Below are positions 34,603 to 44,809 of a DNA stretch of 64,000 bases, in pieces. Position numbers and translations under genes: made by a program. Position 1 is the stretch's first letter. Each line of letters starts with the position of its first letter. The notes below the pieces were generated by a model. That model was given only the letters and a program-made list of their open reading frames with translations, did no database searches and was not told the origin of the DNA. Location of the stretch: the IMG/VR virus record IMGVR_UViG_3300013232_000154; one strand, written 5' to 3'. The stretch comes from an uncultured virus (IMG/VR IMGVR_UViG_3300013232_000154) (lineage: Duplodnaviria > Heunggongvirae > Uroviricota > Caudoviricetes).

Positions 34603-34905
34603 ATGAAAGACACAGAACGAGACCCCGATGGGCTGATTCCTCGCGACAAGGTGGACTACGGAAACCTTAGCGAGGCGGGCATTCAAGCAGCTCGTCAACT
34701 GGCTCGGAACATGGTCGCTTATGAACGGTCAAACACTTGGTATGCAAGGGTTTGCAAGAAGTTCGGGATAACGTGGTGGCATCTGTTGGGAATCGAGTTG
34801 CGGATTTCTATCTGGAAAAACTCAGTGGTAAGGATGGTCAATGGGACTTTGAGTTCCATTGACAATGGGATTTCACGCTTCAACCAGTGGATTTTGAATC
34901 ACTAG
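34603..34905 (+). CDS. hypothetical protein
   Basis: TTGCCA-N17-TATACT promoter and AAGGAG SD. Confidence 0.6.
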   Translation: MKDTERDPDGLIPRDKVDYGNLSEAGIQAARQLARNMVAYERSNTWYARVCKKFGITWWHLLGIELRISIWKNSVVRMVNGTLSSIDNGISRFNQWILNH

Positions 34906-35435
34906 CCAACTTGTGGGATTGGAGACGTTCCTCTCATTGGCGGACGAGAAAGTCTGGTTCTTGGGGCTTCTGCCATTGGTGGCTGAGGCGCATTCGGCCC
35001 GATTGGCTTGCCAGCCTGAGGCGAATACATCGTAGCCAACTCGCCCTTATCAAGGTTCCTGATCAGTTCTTGTGCCTTCGGCATGATCTGCTTGAACTGG
35101 AATGGGCGCTGAGAGAAGTATCGCGGATCGTCCTTGTCCATGGTGGATCCAAGAACCTTGTCAACAACCGCGTTTGTCAAATCGTGGACGCTAACGTTGG
35201 GGTTTTGCGACGACAACTCCTTGTAGGTCTCCCTTAAGAGTTTTTCCACGGGAGCCGCTTGGCCAGGAAAAGCAGCCAAAAGAACGGCGCGGGCAGCATG
35301 ACAAACCAGCGCCTCATCGGTCAACTCGACGCCCTTTTCCATGGCGGCTTTCTTGACCATGGAAACGATGTCGTGGTTCATCGCAAACACGCAATTTGAG
35401 CGAACCCAATCAGAGGCCTGTTGTTTGGTCATCAT
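34902..35435 (-). CDS. hypothetical protein with W-x4-CVFA motif
   Basis: ASDWVRSNCVFA. Confidence 0.65.
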   Translation of the reverse strand: MMTKQQASDWVRSNCVFAMNHDIVSMVKKAAMEKGVELTDEALVCHAARAVLLAAFPGQAAPVEKLLRETYKELSSQNPNVSVHDLTNAVVDKVLGSTMDKDDPRYFSQRPFQFKQIMPKAQELIRNLDKGELATMYSPQAGKPIGPNAPQPPMAEAPRTRLSRPPMRGTSPIPQVG

Positions 35436-35446
35436 GTCTGGTTCCC

Positions 35447-35650
35447 CTAGAACAGCATTCCTTGCTCTTCGCCACTGGCCAGAAGTTCAAGCTCTCCGAC
35501 GACTTGCTTGAGGGCCACTTTCTTATTCAAGATCAAGTCCTTAAGCGAGGCCATTTGGGCCTGAGCCGCCTCGATCTCGTTCTCAAGTCTCTTCTTCTCC
35601 GTGCGAAGGACCAAAACCTTGTCGTCCTTGGCCTTTTTGATTAGGGTCAT
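35447..35650 (-). CDS. coiled-coil small protein
   Basis: ATGA-coupled to 35647-36813. Confidence 0.55.
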   Translation of the reverse strand: MTLIKKAKDDKVLVLRTEKKRLENEIEAAQAQMASLKDLILNKKVALKQVVGELELLASGEEQGMLF

Positions 35651-36813
35651 GGCTGTCTCCGTGGATACTGTCCTTGCCAGAAGACGGGCTTGTCCGTACC
35701 AGTCAAGCTTTGCCACTCGGAAAGAAGTTCTTGCGCACGCCTCATGGACTCTGGATCACGTGCTTTTTGCAAGTCGTACAACTTCGTCTTGATGTCTTCG
35801 ACGCTATTGGTCGGTTTATCTTTTTGGGTCATGGCCGCCAATGCCTCCCCAAGGTTGTCCGTAGAGGCCAACGAATCATATGAGCCATCGGCATGCAAAA
35901 GATTGACGCCGAAACGAGGATAAGAAGGCTCTTCCCGCTGCTCTGGATCGGGATGGTCAACCCAAAGCTGCAACTTCTCGTCTAGGGTCATGAAGCTTGG
36001 GCAGATGTCGTTTCCCCACGACGTGTCCTTGAGTTTTCCGCGAGCGACGAGATCAAGGATTTCTCTTGGAACGTCGTATTCGGGGCCAAAAACATCCGCC
36101 CACGAGGCGAACTTGCACATTCCCATGAGCCATCCAGCCACCTTTGACATTTTCCTCTTGATCGACATGGCCTTCTTTCCTTTGGTCCAAGACATGATTC
36201 TGGCCAACTCGACGGCAACCTCGTCAAGCTTTCCGTTGGCGCTTCCAGACGATGATCCAGACATGTTAGCGCTTATGACGCCTTGGTTAAGATTGTACTT
36301 TATCTTCCATGACAGCTCTTCGTTTCCCAAGTCGCGCTCAGCGACAACGACGAATCCGTCGCCCTCTGGCTTGACATTGCCCCAATCCAATGGGTACTCG
36401 CGCTTCATCCGAAGGTATAAGTTCCACCCCGCCCGCTCCTCCCTTAATTTGTCAATCCCCTTCGCGGGCGGAGGTGGAGTTCTCATTTCCACTGACACGA
36501 TGGCTGGAACGGCGTCGTATCCCAGTTGCCTGGCGGCATTGCAACGGTGGATGCCGTCGCTGATCACGTACTTGCCAGTATTCCCCTTGGAGATTCGAAC
36601 TGGGCGCGTCTTTTTGGTCTGCTCCATATGCTCGACGTTGTCCCTCAACTTGGCATTGCTCCATGTCTCTGGGACGTCGATTTCGATGAGCGGGACGTTT
36701 TGGGCGACCTCCTTGTACCAAGCGCCATATTCCTCCCATTCCAACCACGCGTTGGCGTAGTTATTACGGGGCTTGTCGGACGGCATGACTATGGCTGCGC
36801 CTGGTGCCTTCAT
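35647..36813 (-). CDS. multidomain protein with ParB-like N-terminal domain
   Basis: YVISDGIHRCNAARQLG; internal VAGWLMGMCKFA. Confidence 0.7.
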   Translation of the reverse strand: MKAPGAAIVMPSDKPRNNYANAWLEWEEYGAWYKEVAQNVPLIEIDVPETWSNAKLRDNVEHMEQTKKTRPVRISKGNTGKYVISDGIHRCNAARQLGYDAVPAIVSVEMRTPPPPAKGIDKLREERAGWNLYLRMKREYPLDWGNVKPEGDGFVVVAERDLGNEELSWKIKYNLNQGVISANMSGSSSGSANGKLDEVAVELARIMSWTKGKKAMSIKRKMSKVAGWLMGMCKFASWADVFGPEYDVPREILDLVARGKLKDTSWGNDICPSFMTLDEKLQLWVDHPDPEQREEPSYPRFGVNLLHADGSYDSLASTDNLGEALAAMTQKDKPTNSVEDIKTKLYDLQKARDPESMRRAQELLSEWQSLTGTDKPVFWQGQYPRRQP

Positions 36814-36881
36814 ACCCTCTGGTTCGCCAGATGACCCTTTTTTCCCTTGACTTGGTCGTGCTAGTTGGTATCTTCGCCAAA

Positions 36882-37127
36882 ATGAAGAAGACGAAGCGAA
36901 CCAAAGACGTGAAGTACGTGGATGACCTCGACCAGTGTCCAGAATGTGGCATGGAATGGAAGTACGAGGTCGATGGGAAGACCTACTCCAAGATCATTGG
37001 ACGAGAAGATCCCAACATTTACGATGGGATTTGCGAGTGGCAATGCCCTGGCTGTGGAGCCATTTGGGACAGGTTTACGAACAAGTTGACCAAGAAGGGA
37101 CGCTCCGATGGCAAAGCAACTAGATAA
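36882..37127 (+). CDS. Zn-ribbon protein
   Basis: CPEC..YDG..WQCPGC. Confidence 0.7.
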   Translation: MKKTKRTKDVKYVDDLDQCPECGMEWKYEVDGKTYSKIIGREDPNIYDGICEWQCPGCGAIWDRFTNKLTKKGRSDGKATR

Positions 37128-37665
37128 GATTGTCGTCGTGGACGTCGAGGCCACGTGTTGGGAGTCTTCCCCTCCAGCGGGAGAGACCAACGAAATCATT
37201 GAGATTGGGGTCTGCCTACTCGATCTCAAGACGCTAGAGAAAGAGAAGAAAACAAGCATCCTTGTCAGGCCAACGCGGTCAAAGGTAAGCGACTTCTGCA
37301 CGAAGCTGACGACTTTGACTCAAGCCGATGTTGACGTTGGGACGACATTCAACCAAGCGTGTTTGAGGCTTGCGCGAGAATTCGGGACTCCGAACAGAAC
37401 GTGGGCCAGTTACGGCGATTACGATCGTAGCGCCTTCGAGCGTCAATGCCATGAGACAAACATCAAGTACCCATTCGGAAAGACCCACCTCAACATAAAA
37501 AACCTCTTTGCCATCTATAACTTCCTCAGCCGAGAGGTCGGGATGGCTGAGGCGCTGGAGCTCATCAAGGCCCCGCTGGAAGGGACACATCATCGTGGCG
37601 CGGACGACGCCGAGAACATCGCCACGATTCTGGGATGGATACTGAAATCACGAAGCTCATGTTAA
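37108..37665 (+). CDS. DEDDh 3'-5' exonuclease (ERI-1/KapD-like)
   Basis: VDVEATCW, EIIEIG, DYD, HHRGADDA. Confidence 0.9.
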   Translation: MAKQLDKIVVVDVEATCWESSPPAGETNEIIEIGVCLLDLKTLEKEKKTSILVRPTRSKVSDFCTKLTTLTQADVDVGTTFNQACLRLAREFGTPNRTWASYGDYDRSAFERQCHETNIKYPFGKTHLNIKNLFAIYNFLSREVGMAEALELIKAPLEGTHHRGADDAENIATILGWILKSRSSC

Positions 37666-37722
37666 AACTTGAGTTCTGACCGTGCCACGGCGTGTGGTAT
37701 GGTGACCTTGGAGGCAAAAAAC

Positions 37723-37968
37723 ATGGCTACCAAGCCCCGCCCAGAGTTGATCACGATCAAGATAGAGAAGGACCCGCTTGGCAGTACGGCCATGGCCCAC
37801 GTCGCCTACTTCAAGGGGACGCCGCTCGAAGAGCAGTTGAACGTCATCCTTGTTGACTTGTACGGCGACCCGCCGCCTGGCGAGTCTGGCTTCACGCCGC
37901 AGAAGGTGGATGACCTTATCGCCCAGAGGGCTGGGCTTGAGGCTTGGTTCATCGGTCAAGTGATTTAA
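37723..37968 (+). CDS. hypothetical protein
   Basis: promoter and GGAGG SD. Confidence 0.55.
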   Translation: MATKPRPELITIKIEKDPLGSTAMAHVAYFKGTPLEEQLNVILVDLYGDPPPGESGFTPQKVDDLIAQRAGLEAWFIGQVI

Positions 37969-37978
37969 GGAAACAACC

Positions 37979-38419
37979 ATGAAGATCAGAGAAGGTCATG
38001 TCAGTAACAGTTCGTCGTCTTCATTTTTCATCGTGGCCACGAAGAAGGCGTACGATGAAGCGAAGAAGAAGGTTTCCAAGCTTTCCGCTCAAACGGCGGA
38101 AGCCGTTGAGAAGGTCTTCAAGATCGGCGGGCAAGACCTCGTCATCGTAAACATCACGTACGGAGAAAGCGATGACGGCCAGCTTGATGGAGTGATCAAA
38201 GGCTACATTGAGGAGCATGGAAAGCAGAAGCTCAGGAACTGCTCTCATAAGCTACCCCAAGAGAACATGAAGTACTGTCCCGAATGTGGCCGCGAGGCGT
38301 GGTCGAAGGGGCAAGACGACTACGAGATCCGAGGCATCGTACAAGAGGCGTTTGCAAGGTTCACAAACGCGCTTGAGGAAGATAAGAAAAACGCCATAGT
38401 TGATCACGACTTCCACTAG
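37979..38419 (+). CDS. MKxRxGxVSNSSS family protein with Zn ribbon
   Basis: N-terminal motif; YCPECG. Confidence 0.75.
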   Translation: MKIREGHVSNSSSSSFFIVATKKAYDEAKKKVSKLSAQTAEAVEKVFKIGGQDLVIVNITYGESDDGQLDGVIKGYIEEHGKQKLRNCSHKLPQENMKYCPECGREAWSKGQDDYEIRGIVQEAFARFTNALEEDKKNAIVDHDFH

Positions 38420-38433
38420 GAAAGGAGTCACAC

Positions 38434-38865
38434 ATGAAGGTTCGAGATGGGCATGTCAGTAACAGCAGCAGCTCGTCGTTCCTGCTGATCGCCACCAAGG
38501 AGGCCTACGAAGAGGCCATGACCAAGGTGGACGACTACGGGAAGTACGTGGCCAAGAAGATGCAGGAGAAGTTCGGCAAGAAGATGGGCGACCAAGAGCT
38601 GGTCGTCGTCAACGAGTTCTCCTTTGACGGAGATGGCGTTGAAGTGACCAATGGCATTGACGAGCCAGAACCGCAGTTCACTTCCAAGCGTGGCTGCAAT
38701 CATTACGTCAAGGAGTCCGACTCGTTTTGCCCGAAATGCGGCAAGCCGAGGATCATCAAGGAAGAGGTCAATCCTGACGCCTCGGTCAGCGAAGCGTGGT
38801 ACAAGTTCAGAGGCATCCTGGAGAAGTCGAAGAAGGGCGTGCTCGTCGAGCGCCGTGACTTCTAA
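38434..38865 (+). CDS. tandem paralog of the MKxRxGxVSNSSS family
   Basis: similar to 37979 along its length. Confidence 0.75.
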   Translation: MKVRDGHVSNSSSSSFLLIATKEAYEEAMTKVDDYGKYVAKKMQEKFGKKMGDQELVVVNEFSFDGDGVEVTNGIDEPEPQFTSKRGCNHYVKESDSFCPKCGKPRIIKEEVNPDASVSEAWYKFRGILEKSKKGVLVERRDF

Positions 38866-38914
38866 GACTTGATCGTGCCTAGGCATGTTGTATTCTGAAC
38901 GTGGAGGATAGGAC

Positions 38915-39670
38915 ATGCCAAAAGCATTGAACGGAAAAGAAGGTTCGCATCAGCTTTTTGTTCACCGTCAGGATCTTGATACGGCCAAGGGGCCGAACAA
39001 GGAGCCAGCATGGCGCAGTAGCTTGCCTCCCGTTCGGCCCCCAGTCAAGATCCCGAAGACCAAAGCCGACGTGGACGAGATCTGCGAGAACATCCGCCAG
39101 ATCCTTGTCCTCGAACTCAAGGGAAGCAAGCTTGGAGAACACGTTTTCAGGGCTTGCGAGAAGCTGATCGACGATCCGCGCTTTCGTAGCAATCCAGCCT
39201 CTACGACGAAGCATCACTGCCATATTGGCGGACTGGCAAAACACGTTCTGGAGACTTTACGGCTGGTCGTCGGCATGGCGAACAATTGCCCGCCAGAGCA
39301 TGCGCCAGATCGGCTCGTCTTGATCTATGCCACCATTTACCATGACGCTGGAAAGATGGTTGACTACGAGAAGCTTAGCCCAGAAGACATGAAAAAGAAT
39401 CCTCGGGCGATCAGCGGATGGTGGTTCACCAAGAACCATAACCTCGTTGGACACTTGATCGCAAGCCACAAGATCATGCGAGAGAACATGATTCCTTGGA
39501 GCGAGGATCGTCAAACGCTGGCCGAGCATTGCGTCCTTGCTCATCATGGTCACCTGGAATGGGGGTCTCCCGTTGCCCCAGCAGCGATCGAGGCATGGAT
39601 TCTTCATCTTTCGGACATGATGTCGTCACGCTTCGAAGATCCCGCCGAGACCAAAAGGAAGAGCAGATGA
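38915..39670 (+). CDS. HD-domain hydrolase (YhaM-like)
   Basis: HH..GGLAKH, YHDAGK, GHL, HHG..EWGSP. Confidence 0.85.
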   Translation: MPKALNGKEGSHQLFVHRQDLDTAKGPNKEPAWRSSLPPVRPPVKIPKTKADVDEICENIRQILVLELKGSKLGEHVFRACEKLIDDPRFRSNPASTTKHHCHIGGLAKHVLETLRLVVGMANNCPPEHAPDRLVLIYATIYHDAGKMVDYEKLSPEDMKKNPRAISGWWFTKNHNLVGHLIASHKIMRENMIPWSEDRQTLAEHCVLAHHGHLEWGSPVAPAAIEAWILHLSDMMSSRFEDPAETKRKSR

Positions 39671-39930
39671 GCGGAACCAGAACCAAGAAATGCCAGTATC
39701 AGCGGCGAGCCGTCCCGCGTCCATGTCCAATGGATGCAAAGTACATGCGGTTGACATCTGAAGGTCGTCTTGTAGCATTGTGCGCCAAATGCGACGAGTC
39801 GTTCGGAGAGACCGTTGGATTGCCCGCTGGGGTATGCGTTTGCGGTAAGACGGCCACGGTACGTAACTTGGTGAACGGGAAATGGGAATGCGACGAGTGT
39901 TTCAGGGTCCGATGTGGACGATGTAAATAA
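39667..39930 (+). CDS. Cys-rich small protein
   Basis: ATGA-coupled. Confidence 0.5.
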   Translation: MSGTRTKKCQYQRRAVPRPCPMDAKYMRLTSEGRLVALCAKCDESFGETVGLPAGVCVCGKTATVRNLVNGKWECDECFRVRCGRCK

Positions 39931-39944
39931 CAGAAAGAAGAATC

Positions 39945-41195
39945 ATGTTCAACAAGTACAAAAAGCATGCTCCAAAGAAGTGGAAGGATCCTAGCCATGT
40001 GGAGGGGCAACGATCATTCCCAGACCTACCGTTATCCGCAGACCAAATTGAAGCTGCCAAGCTGATCGATGAAGGCGAGGGGCCATTCTTCCTCACTGGG
40101 CCAGCGGGATGCGGAAAGAGCTTCCTCATTGAGCATCTTAGGAAGCGTCGGCGAGTGTCAGTCTGCGCGACCACTGGCATCGCGGCCCAGTTGATCCGAG
40201 GCCGTACCGTCCATTCGTTCTGCGGCATTCACCCGAACCTGGGTGTCTTTGAGTCGTACACGGCCAACCAGCGCGTCAAAAACACGGACATTCTGATCAT
40301 CGACGAGGTTTCCATGGCCTCGAGCGAGTTGCTGACCCAGATCGTCCAGCGCTTTGAGATTGCCGAGCATTGGCCCAAGATCGTGACGGTTGGAGACCTC
40401 CTCCAGTTGCCCCCAGTTTCTGGCGGATACGTCTACGAGAACCCGATGTGGGAGACCTTCAAGGTCATCCGCTTGACCACCATCCACCGCCAGCAAGACA
40501 GATCCTTCGTGGACGCGCTGAACGACCTCCGCGTCGGCAACGTGTCTCAGCGCGTCATTGAGTTGGTCGAGGAGCGGCGGGTCGAAGCGCTGCCGACTGA
40601 CTGTACCCAGTTGTACCCGCATCGCGCCACCGTTGAAGACACCAACCTGGCCCGCTTGTCCAGCCTTGAGGGCGAAGAGAAGCGTTTCGAGTGGGAAGTC
40701 GTACGCTGGAAAAAGCATAAGGACCCACAGAAGGACGCCGAGGCATTCGAAAAGATGGCGTCAAAGGCCCGTTTCCCGAGAATGCTCTCCATCAAGATCG
40801 GGGCGCGTGTCTGCATGCTGAACAACGAGCAGAATGGGGCGTGGGTCAACGGCTCCACTGGCAAGATCGTTTCCATGGAGTTTAGCAGGATCGACGTCGA
40901 CCTTGATAACGGACGCAGGATCGAGGTCTACCCCATGGAGGAGCAAGTCTACGCGGCGGACGAGGATCCCAGTCTGGTGGTCAAGCAGTACCCGATGATG
41001 CTGGCTTGGGCCTTGACAGCGCACAAGTCACAGGGTATGACTTTGGATAGGGTGGGCATCGACTTGTCGAACCACTTCGCGCCAGGAATGACTTACGTGG
41101 CCTTGTCGCGCTGCAAGACCAAGGAAGGCTTGCATCTGATCGGAAAGATGTCGCCCATCAAGGTTGACGCAAGGGCGCTGGCCATCTGCGTGTGA
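39945..41195 (+). CDS. Pif1-like SF1B DNA helicase
   Basis: GPAGCGKS, IIDEVSM, GDLLQLPPV, HKSQGMTL, YVALSR. Confidence 0.9.
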   Translation: MFNKYKKHAPKKWKDPSHVEGQRSFPDLPLSADQIEAAKLIDEGEGPFFLTGPAGCGKSFLIEHLRKRRRVSVCATTGIAAQLIRGRTVHSFCGIHPNLGVFESYTANQRVKNTDILIIDEVSMASSELLTQIVQRFEIAEHWPKIVTVGDLLQLPPVSGGYVYENPMWETFKVIRLTTIHRQQDRSFVDALNDLRVGNVSQRVIELVEERRVEALPTDCTQLYPHRATVEDTNLARLSSLEGEEKRFEWEVVRWKKHKDPQKDAEAFEKMASKARFPRMLSIKIGARVCMLNNEQNGAWVNGSTGKIVSMEFSRIDVDLDNGRRIEVYPMEEQVYAADEDPSLVVKQYPMMLAWALTAHKSQGMTLDRVGIDLSNHFAPGMTYVALSRCKTKEGLHLIGKMSPIKVDARALAICV

Positions 41196-41217
41196 AGAAA
41201 ATCTTCTTGATGAGAGG

Positions 41218-41535
41218 ATGACGCAAATGGACGGACACCCGCAACTTTGCCCAAAGACGAAGGAGGTATTTAGGGATGGAGTTTTTCAGTTGGCCCTTAC
41301 GTGTCAGCCACATCCACAATTGTCTTGGTGTTTGTCAAGCTTCTACGGTGAAGACCGAAGATTCCTTGCTCGTTACCAGGCTTGCGCCTGGCAAGACAGG
41401 GCGGACAGATGGCAACTAGTTCTTGGATATTGCATGAACAAAGATCGCTTTACACTTTTGGATATCTCTCGTCGTAGTCTGGGAGAATGTCTGTTGAATT
41501 CAAGAGCGTGGCGTTTGTGGGAACAGAAGACTTAA
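41218..41535 (+). CDS. hypothetical protein
   Basis: ORF in operon. Confidence 0.45.
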   Translation: MTQMDGHPQLCPKTKEVFRDGVFQLALTCQPHPQLSWCLSSFYGEDRRFLARYQACAWQDRADRWQLVLGYCMNKDRFTLLDISRRSLGECLLNSRAWRLWEQKT

Positions 41536-41547
41536 AAGGAACGATCC

Positions 41548-41937
41548 ATGAAGTGGCATACCGAACCGCTCACCATCAGCGACTTGGTTCTTTTTCAAGT
41601 CGATCTTGATAACGGAGACAACGATACCCACGTTGGGTACAAAGGTGACGAAGACGACACGATGTGGGACGCCCATGACTGCGACATCGGATGGCAAGCC
41701 GAAGACGTGTCCAGATGGGTTCCATTGAAAGAGATCCTTGAAAACTTGCGGTGCATTGAATTGACCAATCCGAATGGACAGCCAGTAACCTTAAACAGAA
41801 TTCAGATTATTGAAACTCAATCAGCTAAAGACGGATCGTGTGACATCAAAACGACCCAGTTGCCAGTACCGATATGGTTGAACGTGAAGGAGTCTGTCGA
41901 GACCGTACGGGAACTGATTCGTCGAGCGGACGAATAG
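41548..41937 (+). CDS. hypothetical protein
   Basis: SD; C-terminal VKESVETV. Confidence 0.6.
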   Translation: MKWHTEPLTISDLVLFQVDLDNGDNDTHVGYKGDEDDTMWDAHDCDIGWQAEDVSRWVPLKEILENLRCIELTNPNGQPVTLNRIQIIETQSAKDGSCDIKTTQLPVPIWLNVKESVETVRELIRRADE

Positions 41938-42237
41938 ATGGAGGCGATCATGGGATCAAAGAAAAAGGAGGTAAGAACTCGCTTTAGAAATAGCGTGTTC
42001 GATCGCGACGATAACAAGTGCGTGATCTGTGGTAGCGACCGCGATCTTGACGCCCATCACATCACGAACAGAAACCTCATGCCCAAAGGCGGGTACGTCG
42101 CCGAGAACGGCGTGACACTCTGCGGTAACTGCCACTTGAAGGCTGAGCTGGCCGATCCGAAGGATCACATGTACGGCCCAGAAGCTCTTTACACCAAGAT
42201 TGGATCAAGCAGAGAAAAGGCCATGGAGGCAATATGA
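41938..42237 (+). CDS. HNH endonuclease
   Basis: RDDNKCVICG..AHHI..NGVTLCGNCH. Confidence 0.85.
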   Translation: MEAIMGSKKKEVRTRFRNSVFDRDDNKCVICGSDRDLDAHHITNRNLMPKGGYVAENGVTLCGNCHLKAELADPKDHMYGPEALYTKIGSSREKAMEAI

Positions 42238-42545
42238 TTCTCCTTTACAAGGATTGTCGCAAGGCGCTGATTGTGGCCTTGGAGCGAGTCAGAAAAGCGG
42301 TCTGCCAGTACTCTGGCGACAGATGCGACTGCAAGTACGGCGCTTCCATACGGGGAGAGGAGACTGGTTGCCCCGAACTCAGAGACGTGATTGACTTTTT
42401 CAACACCATGACTGAGGCGGAGTACAAGAAAATCTGGAAAAGGGCCGAGAAGCGACGAGTGAAAGAAGAAAGAGCGTCCGTCACCAAAGCTGCTGACTTT
42501 TTTTACCAAAATCCACTTACCACACCAGATGAGATTGAAGAATGA
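42234..42545 (+). CDS. hypothetical protein
   Basis: coupled; CDCKYG..GCPE. Confidence 0.6.
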   Translation: MILLYKDCRKALIVALERVRKAVCQYSGDRCDCKYGASIRGEETGCPELRDVIDFFNTMTEAEYKKIWKRAEKRRVKEERASVTKAADFFYQNPLTTPDEIEE

Positions 42546-42985
42546 TCGAATTTACGTCTGGCAACATGTTTGACGGGAAGTACGACGTCATGGTCAATAC
42601 CGTGAACTGCGTCGGCGTCATGGGCAAGGGCGTTGCCTTAGAGTTCAAGGGTCGTTTCCCCGACATGTTCTTGGCGTACAAGACGGCTTGCGCAAATGGA
42701 GAGGTCGTTCCAGGAAAGCTGCACGTTTGGGACGATTTGTTCGTTACCGTCGTGAATTTGCCGACCAAGAGACACTGGAGAGACCCTTCGCGCTATGAGG
42801 ACGTGAACGCGGGACTTGTCGCTCTCAAGGAATACTTGATGACGAGAGGATCAGCTACCGTCGCGCTTCCTCCGCCTGGTTGTGGTAACGGAGGCTTGGA
42901 CTGGAAGGTAGTCAAGGAAATGGTGACCAAGCATTTGTCTAACTTGGATGCCAAGATAACGGTGTTCGAGCCACTGGAGAAGTAG
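42542..42985 (+). CDS. macrodomain ADP-ribose hydrolase (DarG/Poa1-like)
   Basis: VNTVNCVGVMGKGVALEFK, PTKRHW, PGCGNGGLDW. Confidence 0.9.
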   Translation: MIEFTSGNMFDGKYDVMVNTVNCVGVMGKGVALEFKGRFPDMFLAYKTACANGEVVPGKLHVWDDLFVTVVNLPTKRHWRDPSRYEDVNAGLVALKEYLMTRGSATVALPPPGCGNGGLDWKVVKEMVTKHLSNLDAKITVFEPLEK

Positions 42986-43434
42986 ATGGCAAAGAAGAAA
43001 TTCCCAGACTTCTCCCGCATCGGATTTGACGATAAGCGGATCATCCCAAGCTCTATCGTCGTGGCGGAGATTGGCGGCAAGCCGTACCCATGGAAGAAAG
43101 GCGATCAGCTTCTCTACTTGGGTGACATTCATGGCATGGATGGTCATTGCATCGTTGTGGACAAAAAGTGGCACGTCTTCTGGGGTTACCATACGTAGAA
43201 CTTCAGGATGGCCACGGAGGACGAAACATGAAGATCCTAGTCGGAGATTTGGTTAACTACTCATACAAGGTACGCTCAAAAAGCTACCGAGGATGGGGAA
43301 AGGTCGTTGGACGTGGAAAGTACCACGGGATGGGACACGTTTTACACGTCCTTCCGTACGAGCAAGCTGAATCCATTGCGATCTGCTTGAAGGACAAGGA
43401 AATCACAAAGGTTTTAGGAGTCAAGAGGTGAGAC

Positions 43435-43701
43435 ATGCTTCCAGATCATCCAGACGGTCATGCCCTCGAGAACGGCCTCTGCGTTTCGCGCAAGGGCGGG
43501 TACAACGTGGCCGTCTACCGCTGCAAATGTGGTAGGGAGCAAACGGCGGTGTGTGAGCCTTATCCTGGTGGCATAGATCCATACTTCGCCGAGAAGATGG
43601 GCTGGCGACGGATCAATGCCATGTGGGAATGCCCTTTCTGTACTGGGCATACCGACAACCTATTCAAGGTCTTCGGAATGGAAGAGGAGCCAGAACAATG
43701 A
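43435..43701 (+). CDS. Zn-ribbon hypothetical protein
   Basis: CKCG..WECPFC. Confidence 0.55.
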   Translation: MLPDHPDGHALENGLCVSRKGGYNVAVYRCKCGREQTAVCEPYPGGIDPYFAEKMGWRRINAMWECPFCTGHTDNLFKVFGMEEEPEQ

Positions 43702-43997
43702 TCTGCGAGAAGTACAAGATCAAGATTTGCACAGATCCCATTCATGGGTGGCAAAACGTGATCGACGAGCTTTGCTACCACCTTCCTAATGGTTATGGTC
43801 TTATTGTCAACGAGCAAGCATGCTTCATCGCAACTGCCCCAAAAGAGAGAATTGAGTTCGTAACCGAAAGGAAGCGCATCGAAATCACCAAAAAGACTGC
43901 AAAGATGGCCATCATGCTAGCCGCAGCCATTCGCAAGAAAGAGGATCTGCACAAGAAGTTGCGATGTCTGTTGTTCGATCCGAAAGGATAACGTAAC

Positions 43998-44306
43998 ATG
44001 GAAATGGATTGGGACGTGTTTTTCTTGAAAGCCAACTTGATGATGGAAGAGGAGATGTTGTCTGCAAACGCCAGCCTCCAGAAGATCGTCAGGATCATCT
44101 TCTTGGTGTCCGCCATCGTTGTTTTGGCCGCGATAGTCGGATCTTTCGTTACGGAATCGTGCTGGGCATTCGTCCCCTTGTTCTGGATCTTCGGAGCCGT
44201 AATGACCCATTGCGGGGTTGAGCTGATTTCGTTACACTTCTCCATGAAGAAGTCCAAGAGGCTCATAAAAGGGATCAAGGACTTGGTCTTCGAGAGGGAA
44301 CGCTAA
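43998..44306 (+). CDS. membrane protein
   Basis: two TM helices. Confidence 0.6.
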   Translation: MEMDWDVFFLKANLMMEEEMLSANASLQKIVRIIFLVSAIVVLAAIVGSFVTESCWAFVPLFWIFGAVMTHCGVELISLHFSMKKSKRLIKGIKDLVFERER

Positions 44307-44809
44307 TGGACAAGAGAGTGAAGCTCCCGCATTGGGACTTGCATGTCGTACACTCATGCATCTTCTACCAATCCGATCTGACAAAAAAGATCGTTGACAT
44401 GATGGTCGAGTCAGTCGACTCGAATCCAACGGTTTCCATATGCTCCAGCGCCGATGCCATGTGTTGCCATCCCGCGTTCAAAGCGCTCCTCAGAATGGGA
44501 ACGATTGCTCTTCCACGTTTGTTTGAGCGATTGGAGTCCAGTTCTCCATCATGGACCGACCTCTCGGCAATTCAAGGAATCCTTACGAACGTCACCAAGG
44601 ATGGATACGCGCCGTTCTTCTCGATACTGGGGCCGAATATACCAGTAGAACACCATGGCGTGATGGGCGAGCTGGTTAAGGACTACGTGAAGTGGTGGAA
44701 GGACGGAGCCGACGGGCATAGATGCATGAAATGCAACTGCTTGTTCAAGGAAGATCCTTGTCCGATGTGTACCGTCAACAAGTGGCCCAAAAAGGAGGAG
44801 GATAAATGA
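44306..44809 (+). CDS. hypothetical protein
   Basis: coupled ORF. Confidence 0.6.
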   Translation: MDKRVKLPHWDLHVVHSCIFYQSDLTKKIVDMMVESVDSNPTVSICSSADAMCCHPAFKALLRMGTIALPRLFERLESSSPSWTDLSAIQGILTNVTKDGYAPFFSILGPNIPVEHHGVMGELVKDYVKWWKDGADGHRCMKCNCLFKEDPCPMCTVNKWPKKEEDK

